Origin: Camelus dromedarius
Taxonomy: Eukaryota
DNA length: 64,000 nucleotides
Assembly: GCF_036321535.1 (NCBI RefSeq)
Contig: NC_087436.1
Location: forward strand, 57,166,001-57,230,000
Direction of reading: 5' to 3'
How positions within the stretch are numbered: the first letter of the stretch is position 1; every line of letters starts with the position of its first letter. Position numbers and translations under genes: made by a program. The notes under the pieces are model-generated. The model did not search any database. It saw only the letters and a list, made by a program, of their open reading frames with translations, and had not been told where the DNA came from. Below, one piece after another: positions 13,001 through 25,350 of the stretch.

Positions 13001-14169
13001 TAAGAATTAATTTGCAGATAAATCACTTTCAAGTAGTGTATATGAAAGTCTTTCTCTCTCCTTGATCACTGACCTAAGATTGACTAAGTTTATTGGCCAA
13101 TTTATTAAAAGAAAATGATAAATTCTATAGGGGAGGAAAAAACCACAACCAAACATAGCTCCACGCTAAGCAAAAACAACAACAAAAGTGACAAACAAGT
13201 CAATGAAACTGCTTTGTATTGCCAATCTAGAAAATCTATATAATAGGAGGTTGTCAAAACAAATTCCTGTTGTTTCACATTTTTTCTAGTAGTTTCTTTC
13301 TGTGTGTATGAAAATAGCATCATTGTTAAAGATTCCATTCACTGGGAAATGTACACTATTTGTGATAACTTTCCAAAGGAAACTAGAAGAAACAGATCAA
13401 CTAAAACATGGCTTTGTAAAAGGAGTGCAAGTAAACAAAGCAAGATAATATTTGACACCTCCTAAAAGCGGCTCTAAGAACAAATTACTGTTAATTGTAG
13501 TTTCTTTATGGTTACCTTTAAGAGAATGCACTGAAAGCCAAAGGGCTATTTATACATCAAGGAAACCCAGAGGCTAAGTCCTCAAAAAAAAATTTTCCCC
13601 TCATCTGAATAGTGTTACTATGGTAAAGATGGTGTAATTTGTATTATAATTTATTTTCCTAGAATTCTAAGAGTAAACAGACTCTGCCTTAATGACAAAC
13701 TTTACCTTCGGCCCTTCCATTTTCAAGGAAGTTGCACCTGTATCAGAATTCACCCTAGTTAAAAAAATGCCAGGCTGTGAACATAACAGAGCATTAAGGA
13801 TATGGTTTGCATCACTGTGGAGATTTAATAAATGAAGTACTCAGAATTCCTTTTCCGGGATAGAGCTAAGATAAACTAATGCAAGTTGATAAAGATTGGA
13901 GTGTGTTTGTATTTGGATCCTGATGAAAATGAGATGAAGGGTGTAAGGAAGCGGCCTGGTGTGTGTCTTAGAAAGGAGCACTCTCCTTCGAGCAATCCAG
14001 AAGATTTTCAGGAACTTGAACTTCAATAGAAGAATATGTTCATTGTTCAAATCTTCAAACAATAGAGAAGTATTAACAGATATCTAAACAAAAGGACTCA
14101 GGTTGGGGCATAGTAAGTTGGTGTTAATGCTTTTCTATAGATATGTATATATTATAGAAGGAATTACTT

Positions 14170-14367
14170 TTTTTTTTAGGTTTTTAAAAAATTGAAGTAT
14201 AGTTGATTTTCAATATTATATTAGTTTCAGGTATATAAGACAGTGATTCAAAATTTTTATAGATTATACTCCATTTCAAGTTATTATAAAATTCTAGCTA
14301 TATTCCTTATGCCATACGATATATTCTTGTAGCGTATTTATTTTATACACAGTAGTTTGTACCTGTT
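14170..14367 (-). mobile_element. 5'-truncated L1 3' end with TSD
   Basis: Poly(T) then attgaagtatagttgattt...; TSD tatagaaggaattactt (14153-14169) / tgtagaaggaatttctt (14368-14384). Confidence 0.85.
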
Positions 14368-14535
14368 TGTAGAAGGAATTTCTTAGTAATGATTTGAATA
14401 ATTGTAATTGTTAGAAGAATAATATTATACATAATATATAAAATTATGGTATTTATTAACTTCCTTGTATGCACATCCCAGTTTCAGGCCTTTGCATAGG
14501 AAGAACTTAGAAACTCATAAAGACCTTTGTATCTT

Positions 14536-14595
14536 TTTTTTTTAATTGAGTTGTAGTCAGTTTACAATATTGTGTCAATTTCTGGTGTACAGCAC
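14536..14595 (-). mobile_element. extremely 5'-truncated (60 bp) L1 3' terminus with TSD
   Basis: Matches the last ~50 nt of the L1 at 63565-63620. TSD aagacctttgtatctt (14520-14535) / aaggcctttgtatctt (14596-14611). Confidence 0.85.
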
Positions 14596-15019
14596 AAGGC
14601 CTTTGTATCTTGGAGATGAGACAGGACTAAATCTTGGGTGCTCAGATGCCGTTTTGAGTTTCCTGGGGGCAGGGGATGCCTTTCTCTGCCCTCTTTCTTT
14701 CCTGCCCATGCCTCCCTTCATACCCCACCAGTCAGTAGGATCAACGAAGAGACTTTATATAATATTTGTACAAAAGTGGTTAAAATACAGAAGTTAAGTC
14801 TTTAGCAGATCTTCCCTTAAGTTTTAGATTTGGCTACAATGTAAGTATCTGCTGCTCAAGAAAACTCCAAAATCCTTATCAGCATCTTAGAATGAGTTTC
14901 TTTGTTTCCTAGTCTTTTTGGAATTGGTATCAGTTAAACTATATGCAGCTCTAAAGGGAATAATATCATTTGTTTTCTAGAACAAAATGTGATTCTTGGC
15001 CCTAAATATACTTTTTTAG

Positions 15020-15450
15020 TTGTTAATTTATTTTTTAATTTTGAAATTTTTCCAACCCAGAGAAACACTAAGACAGTAGTTCAATGGACACCCATATTCC
15101 CCTTCCCTAATTTTACCATTTAATGATTTTTCTATCATTTCTTCTGTCTTTATTTCTTGCCACTCTTCTGTAAAGAAGTGTGTCCCATCTCCACTGGCCC
15201 CACCTCTTCCTTCGTTTTGAGTTACATTATGGACTCAAATTTTTTTTCTCTATTATATTTGTTACAATTATTTCTGATGCACATATTGTGTCAAATTTGG
15301 CCAATGGGAGATTCTTCAAGCTGGCAATTGTGTCCTTTTGACATAAATCCATTATTCTTTGAACACTTCCTTGCTTTCTGGCACAAAATGTTCCAGACTC
15401 ACCTTCTGTACTTTCCCTGCCACAGACATGAAATAAGCTATTTTTGTGAA
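15020..15450 (-). mobile_element. old L1 (L1MC/ME-like) 3' end
   Basis: ttgaaatttttccaacc...caaatttggccaatgggag...tttctggcacaaaatgttccagactcacc. Confidence 0.65.
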
Positions 15451-16845
15451 GTGGGAGTAAATATTTTAACTCATTGGGAATATTTCAGAATCTTAGATTT
15501 GTAATGACTTCAATATTCTTCTTAAATCATTATTAGGAGATAACTCTTAATTTTGGAACGCTTAGGGGTACAGTCACAGTTGAAATAGTCACCCTGATGT
15601 TCTATATAATCTATTTTAATTATTAATAATTATAAATTATTATAGTTTTAAATTTTAAGAGGGTATAAAAATAAATTTTAAAACAAAATAAATTATAGTT
15701 ATTTGAACTAAGTCTTTTTTTTTTTTTTTTTTTTGCCTACAACTTTTTACTCTGATGAGGTGGACAATGTACATGTGACAAAAGAATGGAGTCTAATGCC
15801 AAGTGAATATGGTTGTGTAAATGCAACATAGAAGTATTCTGTATGAGAAATAAGTGACCTTGTGCATTTAAAAGTGATCTAATGCATATAGAGAAAAATG
15901 AATGTAAGCAAGAATAGGACTCTACCTCTAAAACTTTGGTAATATTGCATTTATAAGGCATCAGACTCGGCATGTTAAAAGAAAGTAGAAAATTGAGAGA
16001 AAAAAAGAGGATTCATTAGTGAACATTAAATACTAATATTAAAATAATTTATTATTGTTGATTTTATCACTGAATTTTTTGGCAAAAGAACTACATCCAT
16101 GTGAAAACAAGACCCTGCTAGACCAAAAAGTTATGTTATAATGCTGTTAAAATAAAATGGTAAAATATTGGCACAATGATGGATATATACATTTATGGAA
16201 TTGAATAGGTAGTTTGAAAAATAAGAATGCATGATCTTTATTTTGTCTCTCTCATCATTACTTATTTATTCCATTTATCTTTATTATTTTTCTGCCCTCT
16301 GTTCATCTATCTAATCTATATTTTAGTCATGTGTGTCCTCTTTGATTTGAGATGACCACAACAAAAACATTAAATGTATAAAATTAAGAATTACAACCAG
16401 ACTAGAAAAATATTAATACAAAATTATATTAAATTAATACACTGTGTAGAGAATAAAGGCCCATTTAAATCTGGCTATAAATTCTTGGCAGCCAAAAGAA
16501 AAGACAGATAAAATCAATTATGTATTTCTAGTGTAAGAGAGAAAAAAAAATTTTTTTTACTTCAGGGAAAGCAGAATCTCTCCTAGTAAACTTTAAAATA
16601 AATTTCTCACATGGAGTTCCCTAAAGGGACCATAGAGTTTAGTTTGGACAATAATTTCATTATTTCTGCAAAACAGGAAATAGTTTTTAAAAGACTGTGT
16701 CTTAGATCATTTTTCATTTAAGGAAAATGACACAACAAAAGAATAGAAGTAGTACGACTTGATAAAGGTAATTTTTTGGAGGATTGGGGCACCAAACATG
16801 TTCTGTATTAATCTAGAGGATCAAAATTCTCTAGTGTTTCCTGTA

Positions 16846-17473
16846 CGTGCTAGGCAGAATTCTAAGATGGCCCTCAAGACTTTTCACCCCCTGATGTACA
16901 CATGCTGAGTAATCTCTTCCCCTTGTACATGAGTGGAATGTGGGAATATGATCGAATGGCACTCCTGTGATTGTGTTTATTACATGTCAGAAGTGTTTTG
17001 CAGTTATAATTAAGGTCTCTCGTCAATTGACTTGAATTACTCAAAAAAGAAATTATTTGAGGTGAGTCTGACCTAATCAGGTGAGCTCTTAAAAGAGATG
17101 GAGAGATTTTCCTTCTGGCTCTGAAGAAGCACACTGCCATGCTGTGTAGCGGAGCATACGTCAGGCAACTGTAGGATGCCTCTCGTTGCTGAGAGTGATT
17201 CCACATGATAGCCAGAAGAAAACAGGACTTTAATTCTACAGTAGCAAGGAACTGAATTCTGCTAATAACCAGGAGGCTTGGAAAAGCACCCTGAACCTTA
17301 AATGAGATTGTAGCCCTTGCCAATGCCTTGTTTTCAGCCTAGTGAGATGTTGAACAGAGAACCAGCTGCACCATGTTGGACTTCTAAACTACAGCAATGA
17401 TGAGATAATAAATGTGTTGTTTTAAGCTGTTAAATTTGTGGTAATAGTAACATAGAAATTGATAACAAATATA
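16846..17473 (+). mobile_element. MaLR LTR (MLT1E-like)
   Basis: aggcagaattctaagatggccc...gacctaatcaggtgagc...aaggaactgaattctgc...aataaatgtgttgttttaagc. Confidence 0.85.
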
Positions 17474-17489
17474 CCATGCTGTTATATTT

Positions 17490-17599
17490 AGGGAGGTAAT
17501 TAGGTTTATTTATTTATTCTTTTAATGGAGGTACTGGGGATTGAACCCAGGACCTTGTGCATGCTAGACATGCAGTCTATCATCAAGCTATACCCTCCC
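17490..17599 (-). mobile_element. tRNA-Ala-derived SINE (Vic-1-like)
   Basis: Same head and CCTAATTACCTCCC tail as the other copies. Degenerate TSD tgctgttatattt (17477-17489) / tgctgatagtttt (17600-17612). Confidence 0.9.
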
Positions 17600-18367
17600 T
17601 GCTGATAGTTTTGTCCTCTAAATGGGACAAATGCTTCCATTCTGCTATATTCTTCTCCATTCTTTGTTTTTTTGTTGTACCAAGTTACTTCTCTAATTCC
17701 ACTCATTTGCATTATTTGTGTGACTCCTGTATTACAAATAAGATACAAGACAAATACAAGATAAAGGTAAAAAGAAGATACATGTTATATATACAATATA
17801 CAAAAGTGTATACATGTATGACTATGGAACATATATACTTATACCCTATTTATAAAAATAATTCAATATAGTTTCTTGTATGAAAAGCTTACTTTCTTTT
17901 CCTTCCTTTTTCCTCCTTTCTTTCACAAAGATCTTTCTAATTTGAGAAACAATTATTGTTAGGTTACCCTCAGCTTAGGCACTCTTTAGACACTCTTAGT
18001 CACTGACCCTTTTGGGAGCCTTTTAACACACAGCTAAAACTACACAGAAATGCTACTTAGAGTATATAACCCCAGTTTTAAGTATCATTTCATACTTAAT
18101 CTGTTAACAGAAGTTAAGAAAAGAAAGATGATATAAAGGTCATCACTGCAAATTTAATCCTTGTCTTAAGAATTCCCTTGACTTCAGGGGTCCAAGCAAA
18201 CTCATCGAGTGGGATAAGCATTCCTGGGACAAGTTAACAAACCCTATTGTTTACTCAGGGCAGTGTAGCCACAGAGAGACTATAACTTCTTTTACTCCCA
18301 TGGATGTTTTTAGATCGAGCATGTTGCTGAGCACAGAAATCTTGATTTCATGGCAGGAAATGATCAT

Positions 18368-19006
18368 GCAGTAGATGGCAAAATGGTTACTGGTTACAAG
18401 TTCTGTCCCCCTATATATCTATTTTTCTTTTACAAAAGGCTGTGACTTTGTATAGCCTTCCATAGAGAAGTGGAATCTATTTTTTCATTATTTGAATCTG
18501 AGCCATATGACTTGCTTTGAACAATGGGAGAGTAGCAAATGTAATACAAATAGGGACTTTGTTTTTTGGGATTTGCCTCTTTTGCTGATCATGAGAATCC
18601 TATATCCACCATGATGTGAATGAACCTGGCAGGATGGTCAGATTTGTGGCTCACTTACCTTCTTGCATCAGTTGATAACCAGCCAGTCTCTACACATGTG
18701 CATGGAAACTTGAATGCCACCTGACCACAGATAAATGTAGTATGGCCAACTCAATCTGGTTTGCCTGGAACTTTCCCAATTTTAGCACTGAAAATCCCAT
18801 GTTCTAGGAACTTCCTCACTCCCAGGCAAACTGAGATGGTTGGTTACCCTGGATAGAGACACGATTGAACCTAGCCCAGTCCAGCAGAACCATCATCTGA
18901 GCTCAACTCAGATTTCTCACCCCCAAAATCATAAGCTAATACAAGATTAGTGTTTGAAAGCACAGAGTTTTGGAATAGTTTGTTATTCAGTAGAAGCTAA
19001 TGATAC
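18368..19006 (+). mobile_element. old MaLR LTR (MLT1F/G/H-like)
   Basis: tgtgactttg...agaagtggaatctattt...tttgaatctgagccatatgacttgctttg, with 3' end agttttggaatagtttgttattcagtagaagctaatgataca. Confidence 0.7.
18738..18851. mobile_element. MER81-like hAT-Blackjack MITE nested in the MaLR LTR
   Basis: 114 bp with inverted ends (ccaac...ggtttgcctgg / ccaggcaaac...gttggttaccct) and central ttttagcactgaaa. Confidence 0.8.
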
Positions 19007-19234
19007 AGACTTTAGAAACCTGTCTAGTTCATTTGCGATGAGGAAGTTGAGATTCATAGAGATAATGACATACCCAGGGTCACATATCTGATGAGTATTA
19101 AGTTTGTCAACAGAAATCAAATCCAATATTAAGAAATTCCAAGGGATATCCTCCAAGGGATAACATTTGAATAACAGTATATCAAAAAATCCACATTTGA
19201 TGAATATCCGATTGTGTATGTAAATATGCCAACG

Positions 19235-19480
19235 CTGTATAATGCAGCATTTAAGAGCAAGAGTTTTAAACTCAAGCAGTACGAGTTCAAATAGGTGTAG
19301 ATCATCACACACTTTAGGCAATTTACTTAGCCTATCTAATCACCAATTTCCTCATTTATGTTTTGAGCATATTTGTACCCACCTCATAGGTTTGATAATG
19401 TGAGAATTAATTTAATACGATAATGTAAAGTACTGTGTATGGAGCCTGGTACATAGTAGGGCATCATAAATATTTGATAT
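19235..19480 (+). mobile_element. MIR SINE (another MIR fragment, minus strand, at ~19025-19125)
   Basis: ttaagagcaagagtttt...ttaggcaatttacttagcctatct...cctcatagg...cctggtacatagta. Confidence 0.75.
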
Positions 19481-22400
19481 TGTTGTTACAAGCATGCAAA
19501 TCACAGAGTCAGTAAGACACAAGTTTGTGGTGTTTTAATGTCTGGTTTTGGGCAATCCTGGTAGTGACCTTGGATTGAGTCTTTTCAATCATTAGTCCTA
19601 GAGAAAATGTAGATTAAGAAGCAGAGAGCCTAATTTTAGTTATTTTGTGCCTTTTTTTGTTCATTTCTGTAAATGTCATAAACATTAACAGATGCAATAT
19701 TGGAAAATAAATTTAACTGAAACTGTAATTTCATTTTTAATAATTTCTGTTGATAGCCATTTAGAAAGAAAAATCCCTTTCATATAGATCTTTGTTAAAA
19801 TATTTTTCATCGTTTTTGTTTGCAACTATTTGTCATTTTGTTATGAGAGAGATTCAGATAATTATAAAAGAATAGAACTGATGGCATTAAATAATAAAAT
19901 TTTCAACATTAACAAAACTTGCTTTAAAACTGTTTAAAGAGTGAAAGGTAACTCAGAAGCCAAAGGACACTAAAATATTCTGATTGAACCTATCAGCATA
20001 ATGAATGCCATGGCAAGCTGGTACAGTTAAGAAGCGGAAATCCATTCAGGTAACTAAAAAAGGAAAAAAGAAAAAAGAAGAAGGGAAAAAAATAAACCCA
20101 AGACACCAGCTGTAACTCCCCAGCTGCAGATAGAAGAAAGAAACATTACAGAAGAAGCATCTTAAACTTCTCCGTACTGTAGTTTTTGTGAATGACCATT
20201 GTAGTGTCTCTGGTATGGGAGCACATTAAGAAGAAAAGACAAGATCAACACCGTGACCACACCACAAGCCTCAGGAAAGGCATTGTCAGTTTATTGTTGA
20301 AGGCACATTGTTTAACATTTCACCGAGGAAAATATCCCTTGGTATTTCAGGGGCAAAATTGCATCTCCAAAGCTTCCTCTGCTTACAGTTGTCTTCTCAT
20401 AAATTCCATGGTAATCAACCCAATTCTCAATAAAGTAGTATCTCTGTAGGCATCTAATTTAAGTAATCGATATATAGAATTTACATAGAATTTATTTTAT
20501 TTTATTTTTTAAGAATTTTTTAATAGAAAGAAATTATGATCTCTGAATTTGAATCAGCATATTTTCATACTGTGGAATAAGATTGTCTTAAAAAAAACTC
20601 TAGATGTGATTTCATTTTAGTAAATAAAATTTTTCTAGTAGATAATGTGTTTAGGTTTTACTTAGAGTTCAAGTCAAGTTCTTTGTAATACAATTAATAT
20701 TCTCTAGAAATATTGTTACCAAGTAGATTGAAACAAATAAAGAAGCTCATTTACATTTTTATTTTGAAGGCAGTCATAAAAGAACGTTACTTTAACCCTG
20801 CATATGCAGAATGAATTGTTCGGTGTTTTAAAGATGTTGAAGTGTGTACTTGTACCGAGGAAAGCTCTCTATTTATCTATAGGACAGGTCTAAGGCACAA
20901 TAGCAACATTACTAGCTTCTCCAAGTAGCCCCACCAGGGAGCCTTCAGCTTTCCCTGGTGAGACCAGAATGAGTTGGTAGTTCAAATTCCATTGCCCATT
21001 CAGTCTCCTGAGACTTCAAACGAGGGAGCCAATTATGATGGTGGGTGCTGGGTTGTAGACTTGTGTCCACCATTAATCAGACAAAGTCTGCCTCCAGTTC
21101 ATATTATAAACTCCAGTGAGTGACACTCAGGTGGCCTGGCTCTCAGTCAGGCCTGTATGGACTGAGTTTGAACTGATGAACTGACATTCTGCACGTGAAA
21201 GCTTGTTACTAGTCCCCTGAGTTTATTAAAGGCCACCAATTACTTCCTTGGTAGACTACTTTATGCAGCAGCTGGCATTTACTTTCATATAGCCTTTTAA
21301 ATGGCTTTTTTACGTTAGTAAAAGAGATAAGAAATTTAACATAGATGGCTAAGTAACAGTATGTTTTCTTCTGAGATATTTATTTAGATGAGTAAGTGAA
21401 AACTATCTGAAGTTTCAATTTTCAACTGTCTTACTTAAAAAACATATTTATTTGACTTAACTAGGTGAAATATGCATTTGGAAATGATTCTGTGCATTTG
21501 AAAATATTTACCCAAGACAAGGAAAATTCTAAATTTAGAGACTTGAGAGACATTACATTTCAATAAGGGACAACATACATGGTAAACGTTGTTAGATTAT
21601 TATAATGCTTTTTTGCTGATGCTGAACAAGCAATCTTTTGTGAATTAGCAGGTTTTACCCAGAGATATTGCACACCATAGAGTTGCATAATTAAATATTG
21701 ATTCAATGGCTTCCCTTTCAAAGAATAGGAAATAAAAGGATCATGTTCTAAACTCTTTCAACAATTTATATAAAACCTTTTTAATTTCAAAATGATTTTT
21801 TAAATTAAAAATAGAGAGAGAGACCTAGGTTCAAAGTCTAAGTTATACTCAAAAAATAAATATTTATAGTTTTTAATTTTAAAATAGTAATTTTAGATTA
21901 TTCTTGCAAAGCTTAATCAGTGATCAAAAGATTGCAGTGGTTTCTGTTACTTTTGCCCCTAGAGTATGTATGTACATTTTATATACTGATGACTCTTTTA
22001 ATCTTGTAAGAACCACATCCAGCAATGAATCACATTCTTTGAGTGAATAATTCAGTCCTTGACGCCAACCTCTGAGGGGAATATTGTGGTCATGCTGTCT
22101 GAACAGTGTGGTAGCTATGGCTACCTATATAATTCTTCGCAATGAAAAAAAAGTGACAATGACATTAAATTTAATCAGGTTCCCCTTTTCTGTGGTTCCC
22201 ACTGGGATGAGCCACTAGTGTCTTGCCTTAAATATTCAAAGGCCTTCCTGAGTAGTTTGCATGTGTTCATATACTGGGACAATGTCCTGCTAATACAGAA
22301 CAATAGATCTGTCATGTATTTCTTCTGCAAGTAGATGTGAGTTTAAAGTTACTAAGTATAGGGTTTAAGGCTGTCTTCCCTTCAGTGACCATCTTTACTT

Positions 22401-24262
22401 CAGTCTTAACAAACAGCAGTAAGGAAATACACATAGACAACACTAAAGTGTAATGAATTTGATTATCTGAGTTGGAAACTCAAATGGGTTAAAGAACAGT
22501 GTTTGCTACACAATAATAAAGCTGTCCAGTGTTATTTTTAGTCACACTTCATCTGATATGAAAAGACAGTACAGAATACCACATAGTTGAAAACACTTGA
22601 TACACATAGCTTAGTAAATATTTAGGGAAAGCAACCTATATTTATGCCCTTGTACTTCTGCAGAATAGTCAAGTGGCTATCACTTTCTTTTAAATCATAG
22701 TTGAGAAGTTACAAGATATATTTTATGTCCACTCTGCATTCTTGGAAGGATGGTAATAAAATAACTATTAATGTTCAAAGAATGAAAAAATAAAAAGATG
22801 TTTGTCATAATCATCTGTGAGCGTCTGCAACAGATCCTTGCCATTCATTTAAAATCTCTCTGATTGTTCTTAACTTTGATATTGGAGAAACTAAAGAAAG
22901 GGAAATGCAAATTAATGTCTTTCTTCTCTCTCTTTCAGGTAGTCAAAATCAAACAAAGGCAGACTAGCCAATATAACAGTATTTCTAGGAAAGAACTACA
23001 TTTTGAGAGTAATTAAGAACTGAATATGACACCTTCTACTATCTAAACAGAGTAACCTTGTCTTGGGTTCTATTTAATCCTTCAGTATTTTATATTGAAA
23101 ACTGACCCTGACAGTCTTTGGATAGCATTAATTGCTTTATCTGTGTGGCATAGTAGAAATCTAAGAGTGCTATTTAAATGGTATACCATAGCCATAATAT
23201 AATAATAAAAGGTGAACTTCACAAGTCTTTCAGACCTTTGAAGATGCTTACATAATTCTACCTGCTAACTTTCTTCTATTAATATAATTAAATTGAGGTG
23301 GAAATGGAGTTTGTGGTAAATACTAAATTTTTGTTTTTCTTCTACCTTCTTACCTCTTTTATTGTCTTAGATTCTGTTGAAACTTAGGGTTCTTTGTCTC
23401 ATAGATATGCATGTATAACTCCTATTAACATCAGTTTCATTGCATGAAAATTGTTAGTTCATTACACAATTGAAAGGGCAATTGGTGCCTTTATAGCTAT
23501 ATGTTTTCATTCACTAGGTAGGTGTTTGAAGATGGGACAACTTAAAATTTTTTTGAATGTCAAGATCATAGTCAAAGAAGTGAGCTTATCATAAATCTAT
23601 AAGAAATTCCTCCTCTAATGACATATCATTGACCTCAGAGTCCTGGAAGAGTTCAGGGTCAACCAGTGAGACACTCACAGTGGTCAGCTGTTTTTGACTG
23701 ACTGACATTTGTTTTTTAACCTTTGAAAATGTGATTTCATGTTTATCAAACTTTGACATAAAGCATTGTGTGCAATGTAGAAATGGGGACCTTATGTTAT
23801 GGCTTTCTAATATAAATTTGACAGACAATATATTGGCACCCTTTTTAGGACAGATCAGTGTCAAGAGGGCAGGAGGTCAGGAATGAACAGTCTCATTGAA
23901 TAGGTTTCAGTCATAGAAGACAGGTTCCACAGGAAAACTGCCTTCCCAAATGGTCCCATTCGTAGATCTAAGACATTGCAACTCAACTCTCTCTACTCTT
24001 CCTATTGTTTGGCAACAGGGAGATAGAACAAATCAGTAACCTATGCACATATGCCAAAGATGACATGAGGTCATTGTTCAGAGTACAATAGAAAGGAATC
24101 CAGAGAGAGAATTTTATGTGGGTGCCAAGACTGATCCCAGAAAGAGAGAGTAGTAGGAAGTTTGTCTTTATGACTTTTATGTGCTTCAGCACTTTATTTT
24201 TCCTTCTTCATGATTACTTTTCTTGAATAGTTCTTGCATTTTGCTAGTAAGGTGTTAGCTGA

Positions 24263-24289
24263 TAGTATATGTGCTGCCGAAGCGAGGAC
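24263..24289 (-). pseudogene. 3'-truncated tailless U6 snRNA retrocopy (nt 1-27)
   Basis: Reverse complement GTCCTCGCTTCGGCAGCACATATACTA matches the U6 5' end (GTGCTCGCTTCGGCAGCACATATACTA) at 26/27. Perfect 16-bp TSD aaggtgttagctgata (24249-24264, 24290-24305). Confidence 0.95.
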
Positions 24290-24781
24290 AAGGTGTTAGC
24301 TGATAAATGCTTAGTGTTTGTCTTATTCCAGAATATCTGAAAAGTATCTTAAAATCTACGATTTCAGCATTCTTAAACTACATAGTACACACTTGGCTGT
24401 TCACCATCTCATTTCTGTCTTTCCTACTCAGTCCTTCTTTTGACTACAGGAAGCAAACTTTGAAACTACGTGTGTTTATCATATTTTTTGCCAGGGTGTT
24501 TGTTTGCATGGAATCCTTGAATCTGAAAGAATTGATCAATGAGAAATTGCAATGCTACTTTAGAAACTTACTGGTCTTAAAAAAAAAAGAAAGAAAGAAA
24601 CCTTTTGGAAAAGCTCCCCTTAAATATATGTTCCTTGAGGGAAAACTAATTAAAAGTATAAACATATTTTAATATATATATAACTTCATTATATAGAGAT
24701 TTCAACTGTAGGTATTTGGACTGTAATCATTTTTTGTTATTATAAATTATATTTTGATTAATGCCTTATATTGGAATCTCC

Positions 24782-24804
24782 TGTTGTTGTTGTTGTTGTT
24801 GTTG
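24782..24804. repeat. (GTT)n microsatellite
   Basis: Directly visible. Confidence 0.95.
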
Positions 24805-24859
24805 CTGAACTCTTTGAAAGTAAGGTACAGATATCACGTTTTTGTTCTTCAGTGCCTTT

Positions 24860-25350
24860 GTGTTTTCCTAAAGCAAGGACACTCTTCTACAAAAATTCAA
24901 TACTATTTTCTCAAGAATTTAATGTTAATATCATAACAGTTTCTAAAATATAGTCCATATTCAAATGTCCTCAATTGGCCCCCAAATGCCCTTTATATAG
25001 CCATATAGCTTTCCTTCTTCCCTTCCTCCCTCTGTCTTTCCCTCCCCTGCTCACTCCCTTTCTTTCTTTCTTTCCTCTTTCAATCCAGAGTCCAGCCAAG
25101 GATACACATTGCATATTGTTATCATTAGATTAAAGGAGACTATTTAGTTTCCTATTTAAATAGTCTCCTTAAATCTAGAATATTCCTACTCCCATTGTTT
25201 TTTGTTTTATAATAGTCTTTGTATTTTTGAATAGTCCAAGCCAAATAGCTTGTAGACTGTTCAATAATCTAGATTTTAAAAAAACTATTTCTTATGGTTA
25301 GATTCAGGTTAATAATTTTTAACAAGAATGCAGCATAGGTTATATTGGGG
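24860..25350 (-). mobile_element. old L1MC-like 3' end fragment
   Basis: aagcaaggacactcttctac...tagtccatattcaaatgtcc...ccaaggatacacattgcat...gttagattcaggttaa. Confidence 0.6.

Noticed and set aside
16874..17323. 149-aa ORF
   Set aside because: Lies entirely antisense within an MLT1 LTR.
23589..23864. ORF ending DSEVNDMSLEEEFLIDL after a possible acceptor
   Set aside because: Modest acceptor and no recognisable protein, so there is too little support.
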